DNA of 64,000 nt, taken from Octopus sinensis. Lineage: Eukaryota. The DNA is taken from NCBI RefSeq assembly GCF_006345805.1, contig NW_021834582.1, positions 1-64,000 on the forward strand, written 5' to 3'. A model generated the notes under the pieces. It was not told where the DNA came from. It was given only the letters and a program-made list of their open reading frames with translations, and did not search any database. The position numbers were made by a program, and so were the translations under genes. Positions 1 to 12,793 of the stretch are shown here, piece after piece (positions within the stretch are counted from its first letter, which is position 1; each line of letters begins with the position of its first letter).

Positions 1-1106
1 GTTGTATTTTCCATTTAAAAATTTCGTATTAGGATGGTTAATTTTAATGTTTATGAGTCATTTCTAGCTTATTCTAGTCCCACACCAATTCGGTGTTGGT
101 ATAAAACCTTGGATATGGAGTCTTCAATAATCAAACGGATATCTCTTTAATTTTAACTAAGTATGTTTGCAATGATTTGAATAATATGTGACATGGGCAA
201 CGCGTTACGCATGGGCAACCGGTTACATTTTTTGACCTTGTAGATGTCAAAATTAAATCCTATGATTATCACAAATAATATTTTTTATGGGCCAATTATA
301 AAGTTTAACTATGCCTTGTATTGATTTAAATTAGTTTTTGTTCATGTACTTAAATAATTTAAAAAAGTTATTTTTTTAAATGTTGGTAAACCTAAACTTA
401 TTGGAAAATTTTTAGCGTGCTAGATTTGTTTCTTGTAATGGCTTCATATAGAGGTTATGTCAAAGATTCTTCAGAGTATCGAATTTTAAAATTGCTTTGG
501 AAAATAAATTCGCGGAAGATTCTTTTAGGCAAGCAAAATATAGACTTATAAAAAGATCGAGAATTTTACAATAATCAATGAAAGGTACTCTATATTTACG
601 ATTAATGCGCAAATTGTATCTCAAATCTGACGATCCAAAGCTCGTCATTACTTTGGACAATGAAACTGAAATGGAGCATGTAGCTAAATCTCTCTCTACA
701 CGAATATTCACACGGTTTCAGTCCTAAATAATAATTACAAATGGATTTTAGCAGTCATCGATGTTTATAGTAGGTTTGTAGTAGGTCTCTGAACAATTTA
801 TTCAGATTTGCATTTGTCAGACCACTTTTCCATAAATCTTCAAAAGAAGTATGCAGCAACCTGAGATCACTTTTCTACCTATATGGACCTTGCAAAATTT
901 TGCATTTAGATAATGGTTCAGAATTCAAGAATGTGTCTCTGAGAGATCTATGCGAAGAGTTCAATCTAGTTCAGATACATGGAAGACCAAACAATCCCCG
1001 TACACGGGGATTGTGAGCGTTTTAATCAAACCATCACCCGAAAACTCTCCAAAATGATAGATACGGATGAAAAAAAGTGGCTGGAAATTCTCGAAAAAGC
1101 AGTGTA

Positions 1107-2786
1107 CAGTCCGACCTCTAATTGGGGCGCACCTCCAGGGGTGGGGCACCTCTTTTTTGGGGAAAACTCTGTTTTGGGGCATTATAAATTTTTTTAACCA
1201 AATTATAAAAAATCAATTAATTTTAACATCTCTATTTGGGGCATTGATTTTTTATTAAATAAAATTAATTTCAATTTAAAAAATAAATATTTTAAGATAC
1301 GTTTCATTTCAAATTTCTTGTGTAATGCCTTTGAATTATGAAACCAAGTTGAAGATTGCTGATCATCTTTTAAAGAAAGAACATTCTGAGAGGAGATTAT
1401 CCATAATGTACACTACTAGCAAGGGAACTATTTTTCGTATAAAAAGAATATTCTTCCATTTATCAAAAAAGGATTTTTTCCTCATCATTAAGTGAAAATA
1501 AAAACGGATTTGATGAAAAAGTCCTTGATATTTTTCAGCGTCTAAGGGATCAGAATGTTCCAGTTTCTGGAACTCTTTAAAAAAAAATTTCCCTAACTGT
1601 TTCTTCTAGAATGGGCTTAAACAAGTTTAAAGCTTCAAATGGATGGCTAGAAAAATTCAAGTAGAGGCATGAATGAAAATTCCGAACATTGTCAGGCGAA
1701 TCCGCATCTGCTGATCATGCGATAATTTTGAATTTTTTATCAGAATTAAATATCAAGTTGAACAATATGGAAAGGAGAACATTTTTAATTGTGACGAAAC
1801 TTCTCTTTTTATCAACTTACCCCACGTAAATCATTCGTGAAAACTGGTGATTCGGCACGGGGCTTTAAAAGGAGTAAAGATAAAGTTACTCTTCATCTAT
1901 GCTGTAGTTACACTGGAGAAAAATTTGAACCATTAATAATCGGAAAATATAGAAATCCTAGATTTTTCAAAAAATTTTCTCCCGAAATTTATGGAATTTT
2001 ATACTCTTCGTCCAAAAATGCGTGGATGACAAGAGACATTTTTATATCCTGGCTCAAAAAAATTAATGAAAAAATGATTATTCAAAAAATAAAAATCTTA
2101 GTGTTATTAGATAACGCTGCTTGCCACAAAATATCGACATTTAGCAACGTTGATTTTTAATTTTTACCAAAAAATACGACACCAATACTTCAACCATTGG
2201 ATGCTGGAATCATTAAAAATTTCCAGGATAATTATTTGAATTGTCTAATTGATTTTTTATGTTTTCAAGACGACCAGGATTTGTTTATAGAGTCTTTATC
2301 CAAATTAAATTTGCGGCAAGTGGTAACAATAATCTCAGATGCTTGGAATAATGTATCTGCGGATATTATTTATAACTGCTGGCAAAAGGTTTTTCGACAA
2401 TCTCCATCAGACTCGAGTTGCATAAATGAATCATCTGAAGAAATATTTAATAATGTTATTGATGAATGTTTTGATGAAATAGAAGATAATGATCCAAATA
2501 TCTATGAGAATATAAGCTGCGAACCATCAATATCACAAATTTTAAGTTTGATGGAAAACTTAGAGACAAATCTTTGATTTGATTCCAGATTCTCTTCATG
2601 ATTTTTATGAATTCAGAAAGAAAGTGTCGTTAGGAATTAAAAATAAATATAAATATGGAGAAAAATTAACTGATTATTTTAAAAAATAATGTTCTTTTTC
2701 TTTATTTATTGAGCTTTTTGAAAAACCTCTTTTTTGGGGAAACCTCTGATTTGAGGCACTTAGTGCCCCATTTAGAGGTCGGACTG
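1107..2786 (+). mobile_element. pogo/Tigger (Tc1-mariner superfamily) transposon
   Basis: TIRs CAGTCCGACCTCTAA(T/A)TGGGGC at both ends. TA TSD at 1105-1106 and 2787-2788. Confidence 0.93.
1325..2675 (+). pseudogene. pogo/Tigger transposase (HTH CENP-B plus DDE_1), disrupted
   Basis: FKASNGWLEKFK, FNCDET, SSKNAWMT, LLDNAACH and QPLDAGII, with several stops and frameshifts. Confidence 0.88.
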
Positions 2787-3731
2787 TACTGTTATAACAA
2801 GGCTGTACATTCATTTTCAAATCAGAATCCTTTTGAAAGATATCGAGGATAAGCGGAATAAACACTAATGTTGCAGGTTATAATTATAAAATTATGTTTT
2901 AGAAAATATTAAAAATCAATTTGAAAATTCAGAGATTTGTTCAAATTTAGACTCAATTGAAAATTCAAGTATTTTAACTTGAATTTATATTAGGCGATTC
3001 TAATTGTCCAAGTCCAAAAAAATTTAAATTTAATTTAAATTCGATTGATGGAAACTCAGCCTACTATAAGGCAATGAATAGAAAATGAATGTCCACAATA
3101 GTAAATACGAATTTAGTGTCGGAGATAAAGTTTAGATAAATAATTATAGATAGGTTCGAGTTAAAAAAGATTATGGAACAAACCCTTCGTTGCGGTTAGA
3201 TAATTCGAGTCTCCATTCTATCCGACGGCTGAATAATTAACATTTTGTCAAATAATCGAATCGAGGTAAATCAATTTTTTATTTAATAGATAAAATATGC
3301 TAAAGGAGAGATATGGACGGTACCAATGGCAAGACTTAAAAATGATTAATTTTAATTTTTTTGTTAAAATGCATTATTCTTTGAAGTTATTCAATGATTA
3401 ATAATTGACATCACAAGGTCAAAAAGTGTAACCGGTTGCCCATGCGTATCCAGCCGCCCATGTCACATAATATTCGGTAAAACCATATCCTTGAATTTTA
3501 TTATGTCCGCATAATTATTTGTATTTATGATTTAATTAAGTAATCATCTTCGACATGACCAACTTCATGACCAAGGATGGAGTCCTCTATTTGTTTGTGG
3601 GTTCCAGACTGATTTTTCAAAATAATTTCTGCTTTGTTTGACTTGAATTTTTTTAACTGGTCAGTAGTGTCGAATATCATACGTTTGTATCCCGATATAG
3701 TTTACTTTGCTCATCAAAATCATAAAAAAAC

Positions 3732-3882
3732 CATCATGACCTGCTCTTATGAACACTCTCCTTCTTCACTAAGCTCATATTCATGCACTCATATAATAGA
3801 ACATCTCCATTCCCTAATCCTACACCAATCAAACGACCCTCCTGTCAAATATGATTACGTAATAACCCAATTCATAGAAAAT
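3732..3882 (-). repeat. 151-bp dispersed duplicate of a PAK1IP1 exon/intron segment (12976-13126)
   Basis: Near-identical sequence, visible in both ORF translations as TCSYEHSPSSLSSY. Includes intronic bases. Confidence 0.85.
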
Positions 3883-4027
3883 CGTAAAAAGCACTAAATA
3901 CACATTTCTTCCGAAGCTCTTTTTTATGTTCTTTGTCTTAGAAACCAGTAATGTCAATAATTTAAGCAAGAATATATCCAATGACAAAAAAATAAATAAA
4001 ACAAAAACAATTAATCAAAAATAGCTA

Positions 4028-4891
4028 TCACTTAAAATATTTAAGAAGTGGAGCTATTTTAGCAGCACATGAAAATGCTTTTAGTTGCTATAAAATAAAT
4101 TATAAATAAAAAACCATATCAGACTCAAAAGATGAAGGTTGACAATCTGAAACATCCACAACCAAACGCCTCAAGAGTATTGCAATCTCCTCACTATCAA
4201 ACCTCCCTCCTGCCTGATATAATTCGTATAAACAAAAATACACCTCCTGGATATGTTTGATGACTGACTTCAACATCCTCCTCACATCCTCAGCTCTATC
4301 GACCGATGTTAAATTCTCCATTTTATTCAGAAATCCAGTCACTTTTCATTAGTTGGTTTATCTCTACCTGCAGTGACCTCAGATCTTTCAAAGGAAGTAT
4401 AAACAGGCACAGGAACAAGCATGCCGCCCATTATTTTGGAGCAGACTGAAAGAGGAATACCAACAAATGCTTTTTTGTTGTCATTTACAAAAACAAGGGT
4501 CCTTTTAAGGTTATCTGTAAGTTTTTTATGAATGTCCCAAATGTTGGACTCCGTGCTACCACTTGTAGTAAACCACCCCACAAGTTGTTCATTAGGGTAA
4601 CTCATATTGTGGGCATTTATGATACTCTTCTCCATTTCTGGAGTCATCTGAAAAAGTTGTTTTTAAGCACGTGCCTTGGAAAGGGCCTCACTTTCGTCAC
4701 ATACGCCAAATGCCTCCATTATTTCTACACAGCTCTTATTTCGACGATAACAGCCTACAAATGATGGATTTTAAATTATTACCCATCAAAATTCCGGTTA
4801 CTCCTTGGGATGTTTGAGAGCGTCTGATGTGCAATTGGCACATTGCCATTGAGGCAGTCGGGTGTATTTCGCAGACCATATCACAAAGCAT
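4028..4891 (-). CDS. EIF3F: MPN-domain protein, eIF3 subunit F-like (multi-exon)
   Basis: IHPTA...VTGILMG, VEIMEAFGVCDESE and YPNEQLVGWFTT match the eIF3F/PSMD7 MPN pattern. Micro-introns restore the frame. Confidence 0.65.
4648..4674 (-). other. 27-nt GC-AG micro-intron (eIF3F)
   Basis: AAG|gcacgt...ttcag|ATG. Contains an in-frame TAA. The nearest GT donors are out of frame or would remove the conserved VCDESE. Confidence 0.6.
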
Positions 4892-5169
4892 GTTCCACAA
4901 GAGTTTGAATGTTTCAAATTATTTTAATTAATATTAAATGATGTTTATTTAAAAATTTTATTAAAAAACAGATATAAATCTGATATGGTTTTTTGATTTT
5001 AATAGATGCTTTTTGTGCTGAAAGAGTTGCACGAGTTAATTTTTTTTTGGAATTGAAATATTTAAAAAAACATCCAACATGGTTTCAGGAGTAATTTCTC
5101 TACCTTGACACATTTTACCACATTAACCCAGTTTATAATGGAAGGTTATGCAAGTAGACCTTATTTCAA

Positions 5170-6060
5170 ATCAATTGTATGCTCATTCGATCTTCAGAAA
5201 GCCTTTGATTCAGTTTCTAGAAAGATACTGACTCAAAAAATATTTTGCATATCCATCGATTCGAACATAAAACTTTAGCTTTCGAATTTCCTCAGCAAAA
5301 GGAGAGGGCGTGTATGCCTGAATGGAATTAAATCAATCTCAAGATTGCTTCCAAATAGAGTTCTCCAAGGCTCTCTCTTTCTCCTGCTCTATTCAATTTA
5401 TACCTATCTGACATTCCTAAGCCTGAAATTAAAGACTCAATCATTCTCGCCTACCATGACGACCTACTCATTGGATCACGTGATCAAGACCTCTCGAAAG
5501 CTTCCAAAAGACCATAAATTCTCTTATTACAAATTCGAACTTGGCTATATCAAAAAAGAATGAAAATCTCCCTCGAAAAATCGTCCACTACCCTATTTCG
5601 TTGGACAAGAGACTCTAAAGCCGTACTGTTGATCTTTTTCTGAAAAACGAAAAGATCCCTAAAATTCTGGGGGTCACTTTTGACACCCACGTGTGTTTTA
5701 CTGCCCATTTAGAGAAGGCCATCGGATCCAGTCAGAGAAGGTTGGACAAATCAAACCGATATTTGGCTGACTAATGAAACCGTTCCCGGCTCTCGGCACT
5801 CTCTACAAAAAATTCATCGAACCGATAATTGGCTATGCCTGCGCCGCATGGGTATTAATCTCTCATGGTCTAACCGCCTTAAAATTGAGACTACACTATG
5901 CCGAGCCGCGGCTAGCATAACAAAAATTTCCAATTTGAACAACATTATCCCAACTCCGCTTGACCACCTTATTAAGAAAGATGGAAAGGCTTTCTTAGCC
6001 ATCCAACAAGTCCACCTGCCAAAAAACCTTAACAACCAGAAGCACATCACCCCGATTCAA
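5170..6060 (+). pseudogene. Decayed non-LTR retrotransposon reverse transcriptase fragment
   Basis: FDLQKAFDSV, VLQGS, PKILGVTFD and LYKKFIEPIIGYACAAW spread over broken frames. Confidence 0.75.
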
Positions 6061-6305
6061 TTCCTCACAAAAACTGTTCCCCGCCCGTCCCGCACTTGCG
6101 TTGGGTACAGAGTCCAACATCGTGCAAAGCTGAGAAAGATCTTGAGGATTGTTGGAATCACCTAATTAATTACCCTTATTAACTGTTGGTGATTATTGGA
6201 AAATATAAAAAAACAAATTGTGAAATAATTGCAAAATAAATAAATTCAATTAAGATTATAAAAATTATTGGAAAATTAATATAATTATTTTGTTAAATTG
6301 TCGTG

Positions 6306-7586
6306 ATGTGGACCGTGAATTCAATTATAAATAACCACAACCACAGTAACATAAAAATGAAATAATCTCTGAGACAACTTCACAACAATATGTGATTCAA
6401 CTAAAATTGGAATTTTTAATGTTAATCCTCTGAATCTTAATATTTGGTGGGGTACCGACTAAGGCTGCTTTATTCCAGATTTAAACCCACGTGGAACTGT
6501 CCTAGCAGCTACTATTCTCCGAAACACCAACATTGTCGCCACTGCTATTAAAATGCATTTAATGCATATTTATGAAGGTAAATAAAATTATTAAATCAAG
6601 TCGACGTGTGGTCCTTAAAGAACAATTTGATGGATGATGCCCAACTAGTAATGAGAATTCAATTCTCTATTCCTCCAATAGGCCTAAAACTGTCCTTAGA
6701 TAAGTATTTTATATTTAATACTTGGAATTGTGATTATTTTCAATAATCGTGTCCAAGTATATTCATTCCCTCCAGAACCACACATACTTGAATCTGTAGA
6801 GACTGATACAAACCCTATTGGTTAATTATTACGTAATAATATGTAAGAATCCTACACACTTGAATCTGATGATAACAAGGCTGTGCTTGCATTTTCACAA
6901 AATAGTCAAATTTTGATTATGGTAGAATATTTAACTTCATTCCCTACAAAGGATATAAGTCCAGAAAAAGAAATAAAAATAATCTCGAAATTTCCAGCCC
7001 ATAAACATCAGGTGCGTCACACATGTATAAACAAGGACATGTCTCTCCTTGCCACTTCTTCAATTCATGTTTATGTCTTAAAATAAACTAAAGTCGACGT
7101 TAATCAGAATTTTCAATTTGAGTGATACAAAAAAGGTGGCAGAATTTAGGACGACAAGACGCATTGATAGGTTTGTCATTCGAAGGGTTGTTAGTTATAA
7201 AGCATGTGTTTCAATAAGGATTCGTCTCTTTTGGGAATTGTTGGGGACAACACACACGTTGAGTTGTTTTCGATATCAAAATTGTCATCCAATACTAAAT
7301 CAATGTCTTTTATTTGAATTATTGGGTAGTTTAAGCAGAGTTAATATAATTCCTGGATACACTGACTCGATGTGGTTTCTTACAGAGTGTATGATTCCAT
7401 CAAATAGCTCTGATCGTGCAGAAATTGTGTTTTCTGATGTAAATGAGTTTTCTGGTGAGAATTGATATTTTAATGACAGTGATATGTTGGGATGGTTTGG
7501 TTTATGAATTCCGTGTCAATGCTGCTAATGTTATGCTTGTGGGAAATTATAACTTTATTTATTTACCGTTTGATGAATTTTACTGA
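6306..7586 (+). CDS. PROPPIN WD40 protein, WIPI3/4 (WDR45)-like (multi-exon)
   Basis: PAHKHQVRHTCINKDMSLLATSS, STLIRIFNL...VAEFR, YTDSMW and VICWDG align with WIPI4 motifs. Confidence 0.75.
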
Positions 7587-8708
7587 TATAAAATACAATT
7601 TATAATACGGATTCATTCAGGTGTCCTCCTGCTGGAAAAACCTCATACATTAGCAATCAGCAAAAATTCAATTTGTAATGCTCGGAACACGGAAAAGCGG
7701 GCATAGTTTACTAACTTGGAGCGGAGATTATACCTGTATCAAAATAGAAGATCCGAGGATAACCAATGTGAAATTTTTTTAATCCAGCCATTACTCTGCT
7801 CGCGACAAGAGTTAAAGTTCAAAGTAAACTGGATCGGCAGTAAAATGTATGTTTCCGGACCATTAAGAGGAAGTTCGAAAAGCTATAAATAATTTTGAAA
7901 GCTTTAAAAGGTATAGCATAACGATAATGTCCGTTAAATTGCTCAAAATCGTTTTTATAGGGATTTTTTACATTAGCACAAAGCATAGTCGAAGAAATAC
8001 CTTTTTGCGCTATTGAGATTTTCCTTACAAAAAAACCATCATTCAAATTTATTTTTAATAAATATACGAGACAATCTAATTGGAACTAATACTTATATTT
8101 ACATGTTTGATCATTAAGTAGATATTTACAAGTATTCGGGTATTTTAGAAGCATGGAAAACATCAAAATGTGAGTTCTTTTTTATCACTACGAATATTAC
8201 CATTTAATTAACTATTTAATAAATTTTTGATATGTGTAACTTATCGATCCGAAAAGGATTTTTTAAGATTTCAATATCTTCAATAATAAAAAAGTTTGTA
8301 AGAAATAGCTAAAATCAAATTTGATTAACGAAACAACTATAGATTGCACAACATCAAGGAGTGTTTTATAACTAATATTAATTTAATAACGACAATGATT
8401 CCACTTTTTCATACCAGATTATAAAATCAAATATATTTTGACATTTTTTTATTGATAAAAATTATGTAATCAATACTAAACTCAGTTCTATAAACAACAC
8501 TAAATTTATGTAAATTATCAAAAAGTGAATTAAAATGAAATATTACTGTGAACTTTAAAAATTAATAGATAGAAATTTGATTGTCATTTTTTTGAAAGAG
8601 ACATTAACACTGATTTCTTTCACCATCTAAAAATTCAAGTAAAACATCAATTTCGACCTATACAAAATTGCATCGATTTTGCAAGTATCTGCACACTTCG
8701 ATCCAAAT

Positions 8709-9960
8709 TTATCCAAAATTATCCTTTGCAACCCGAACCTTAATAGGAATAAAAATTAATGTTGACAGTATCTTTTTTCGTTGGACATCTTCCCAGTCAC
8801 CAAGCAGTGATCCGACTTTTCTTGATCTCCTCCATATCTCGTCAGTAACTTTACTTTCTCGTTTGACTGTAATGAACTCAGTCTTTTGTTCGTTCATTTT
8901 CAAAAACCACTCTCCAAGTACTTCAGGAGTAGTCAAGTAAAATTCTGGTATCATTTATTTCTTCTGAAACAAAATCTATGTTGTCCGATATATTAATTCC
9001 ATGATGGTGGTTGGGACAATTTTAGCTCTCAGATCACGAAGAGCAGCTTCCAGATAGATGACGAATAAGATCGGAGATAAGGAGTCACCTTGTGGAATGC
9101 CAATGTGTGCTTTGAATTTACTAGAGTGCTCTGAGCCAACCCACACTTTCAGATCAGTATTCGCAACTAGGACACATATCATTCTCAAACTGTCCTCATC
9201 CAACAATGTTTCCAATAACTAAATAAGTTTTCCTCTGCAAACAGTGTCAAACGCCCTGGATAGATCTATGCCCAGTACGTGAACCGCCTTCCTGAACCTC
9301 TGTGTCATGGCGCACATCCATCTGTGTGTCTATATCCGCCGTAGACCTCCCTCTTCTGAACCAACTTTGTCCCACATACAAGAATTTGTCTACGGTAGGA
9401 GATATTCTATAAAGGACAATCAACGACAGTAGTTTTCGTAGAGATGTTAAGATCAGAGATTATAGGTCGGAGATTTAGGTCGTGAAAGTACGTTTGTACA
9501 ATGCTTTCATCCTGCCATTTTACTATACAACTCAGGAACATGGGGATTAAATCAGAAATGTGTAGAAAATATCAATGCTTTTCACAGAAAACAACTCAAG
9601 TCATCACTGAAAATACACTAATCAATGAAGATCATGAACCAATACTTATACTCCGTTTTCAAAACAGAACAATTAGATGCAACTATCACTAAGAGCCGAT
9701 GAGAATTCTTTGGCCACATATTACGGATTGATTCCTCAGTTCCTGCCAATGACATCATGGAAACACACTTTCAATGCTCTGAGATTTTTCGAGGCAGGCC
9801 ACGGACAACACTACCACTAATCTTAAATAAAGACCTTAAGCATGTCAGATTGCTACTAGAAAATACAGACGATCTAGACAGCCTCCGAAAAATCGCAATC
9901 TCAAGAAGTGCGTGGAGGTGCCTAACAGACAAAATCTTATGGGGTGTGGCACAAGCGACG
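8709..9960. mobile_element. Decayed RTE-like LINE with a 5-prime inversion
   Basis: Minus strand 9475-8709: NLRPI, GIDLSRAFDTV, GIPQGDSLSPILF and KVGSLLGD. Plus strand 9482-9960: VKVRLYNAFILP and RGRPRTTLP (RT C-terminus). Confidence 0.8.
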
Positions 9961-10009
9961 AGAAGATTGTCACTTTCTTTCTTGTTGTTGCGGATGTGCA
10001 AAAAATAAT

Positions 10010-10160
10010 AACAGATAAAATTCTTTTATGCCCTCCGGTAACATTTTCAAATCTTTTCAGATCAATAAGGTCAATTTGAAATTGCTCATTCGGAGCAGAA
10101 ACAAAAACGTGATTAGTTTTATCCAAGGCAAATGGATGTGGTAAATTGTCAACTGGAGTC
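10010..10160 (-). pseudogene. Isolated Ginger-type integrase fragment
   Basis: NHVFVSAPNEQFQIDLIDLKRF...HKRILSVI, homologous to the segment at about 62040-62190. Confidence 0.7.
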
Positions 10161-10267
10161 TCAGCAGATAAAAAACAGGCAACTGCCATGGGAAATAGAA
10201 AACAGTACAAACACGTGGAATATGGGTTATACTTAATAGTGAGTGTGTTGTGTTTTTTATTGGTGTA

Positions 10268-11607
10268 CTATTTGTTTTGTTGGTTGTGTTGAGGGAGTCT
10301 ATAGACCAGCACGACCACCGTGGTCTGCATCTTAGCCCCCACTTGAAACGCAATCTCCACCAACCGAGCACTCACGAAATGCCCCAACGCCTCCTCTGTC
10401 TGTCATCCTCCACGTAGGCCAACAACATCTCCAACACGTGCGTCTCATCCACCGACGACTCGACCCCGTGCTGAAAGGCGAACTCGACGTATAACTGAAA
10501 TATACATCACCCACACCTCCCTCAGCAGGTTGCGTAGATTGACAGTCACCATGCTCCTCCAGAACTCACTGTTTGCGGTGATCACACACTCTAGAGAATC
10601 CCCCTCCACCCTCCTGGGAGAGATGACGGAAGGCACATTGATCAGGCACTCCGACAGTCCTCCCACAACAGGCGACCGGGTGGACTTATTAAAGAAAGTC
10701 AGTTTGTTACGAGTAACGAGCAATGTCTGGATATCCCCTGAAGGATGGATACCACAGTCTACCAATGAAGGCAGTGAACAGTGTCGGGTTGTCCTCCACT
10801 GTCGTCCCCGACACCAAGTAAGTGCAGCCTGATCTTATCGCCCCGCGAGAACACATCTTCTCCACCTCTACGTGTGCACTCACAAAAGCTTGTTCGATCT
10901 GTTTGCTAATAACACCCATTACTGGCTCCGATGACGATGCTGCCAATTTTATAAGTTTGTCCGCGAATATCCGACAGGCCTGGGGACCTCCCCAACTTTC
11001 GAACAGTCCGTGTATAACGTATTTCCCCGAATTGGTAAAGCATTTGTAGTCAGACATACTCGATGGCGGGAGAGTGGAGTCCACTCACAGTACCTTCCAG
11101 AAGCAGTAGCACTCACGAGAAAGGGAGACCAACACCGACTTTTAATCTACAACGCCCATTTGGTAATACTTTGAGTTTCTATCAATGTGTTTATATGGTG
11201 TGATCAGACTCGAGAAGGCGTTGTTGATTTCTAGGATGTGATCCACGTTCCTCGACCCCTCTAACTTGTCCAACCGCACATGCCGCAATGCATATTCCCC
11301 TCCCTCTACAAAGTCTTCCCAGGTCACCCCCAATACTCCTGCGTCTACATGTTCTTTCGTGTGTTTGCTAAGTTCTTTAGATATAACAAATCTTCTGCAG
11401 AAGCGACATTTCAGGGACAGTTCAAACTCACGGTTGATTGGAATTGTTGCAATCTCAGGGTCTGTCGAAATGTGATTGGGAGGAACCTCCGGCAAAACTG
11501 TTGATTTTGTCGCTGAGTGTGTGAGTAAACTCCTCAGAGACGGATCTATTGGGTCACCAACTTACTACCCAGAATCCATTGGGACGATCTTGTTGTTGTA
11601 GGGACAT
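10268..11607 (-). CDS. PP2D1: PP2C-like domain-containing protein 1 (multi-exon)
   Basis: CRFC...KHTKEHV..GVLGVTW and EINNAF (PP2D1 N-terminus), then HGLFESWGG, RSGCT, FIG|DIQTLL after a 25-nt intron, and MQTTVVVL. Confidence 0.7.
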
Positions 11608-12793
11608 TTATTTTACTAATAGTTTATTTATGCTAATTATTAATTTATAAATTACCCACATAAAATAACCAATAATTTGAATCCTTAACCTGGAAAAGGT
11701 ATCATTACCTCGGAGACTTTCTAACCAGGATTAGATTCTCGAAGACTCGTTATCAGCAGAATGGCATATCAATCTCACTAGAAGTATGCGTCTACGCAGC
11801 ATTAATTTTATTGACTTATAGAAATATTAAAAATATTGTTTCCTTTCAGAGTCCTAATTTGTTCCTTCTGCCGTTGAAACCACCGCTGGCGTGTTTTCTG
11901 AAAACATTCAACCCATATCTGCTGACGGTTTAGTCAATTTGTTCTAAAATAATAGTTTTTGATCAAATTTTTGATTATTGTTATATTTAAAAAATAAGAA
12001 TAGACAGTAAATTTGAAATGAAATTAAATATTTATAGCACGTTTGTTTCCCAAAGTTCTCATCGTCGTTCTCCTTTCGTAGGTCGTCTTGTATTGAAGCT
12101 TGAATATATTAGTTCAGTTGCACCCTCCCGTCCATCCCAATGGGACATGCTGTCGTATTTTAGGAAGAAAATATATGAGTAAATTTGATTTCTTTGAATA
12201 TATTAGATTTTGCACAGAATATACAAATTTGAAATTGCCCAAATTAAGTGGATCAATCTAGTTTAAAAAAATTCCAAGACTTTTTCAAGTTGTGTAATCT
12301 AGTCAAAGTGGACCCAAGCTTTTGTTACAAATGAAAATATGATTTTCTCGCATTCTACTTACCCAAGGCTGCCATCACTGGTAATTCTCGCGACATTATC
12401 TCAATGTCTAAAAATAATAATAATGATATTACATTAGAGTACGCAGCCTTTCTCAATGTAGTCTCAATCCTCATAAAAAATGCCAAACCACTGACGGGGA
12501 TGATGGAAGTCGTAGATTTATTTTTCAAGTCCTTATAAATAACCGAGTGGTTTTCAATGGTTATTTTTATTTCCTCAAAATAATTAAACTAAACTTTAGG
12601 TAGATGCTAAATAATTAATAAACAGAAAGTATTATCAAACAAAAATGAGTATTTAACAAAAATCGTAATTTTTATAATTTGTTTCATAATTCACAAAACA
12701 TATAATGTGTCAAAGGCAATTAGTTTTAATCAGTAAATTCGTAGTCATTTTTTATTTAAATTTTAGAATTTATTTTTTTGGAAATAAAAAAGG

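Larger units (their letters stand above)
715..2816 (+). pseudogene. Integrase core (rve-like) of the Ginger-like element, frameshifted and split by a pogo insertion
   Basis: YKWILAVIDVYSRF, ILHLDNGSEFKN and CERFNQTITRKLSKM. LEKAVY joins CYNKAVHS when 1107-2788 is removed. Confidence 0.8.
187..3467 (+). mobile_element. Ginger2/Tdd-like TIR DNA transposon encoding a decayed gypsy-type integrase
   Basis: Imperfect TIRs of about 64 bp (187-250 TGTGACATGGGC...; 3405-3467 ...GCCCATGTCACA). 5-bp TSD TAATA at 182-186 and 3468-3472. Integrase remnants inside. Confidence 0.85.

Noticed and set aside
4978-5040. Inverted similarity to the eIF3F 3-prime end (TCTGATATGGTTTTTT, about 4108-4123)
   Set aside because: Only about 16 bp match exactly in AT-rich DNA. 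Too weak to call a TIR or duplicate.
7600-8050. Possible integrase-like remnant (similar decayed patches near 14150-14700, 43140-43380 and 57300-57800)
   Set aside because: Too degraded to assign family or boundaries by eye.
11700-12560. Possible small spliced gene on the minus strand (also 17280-17650 and 18290-18800)
   Set aside because: Splice-like signals are present, but I could not build a consistent frame or recognise a domain.
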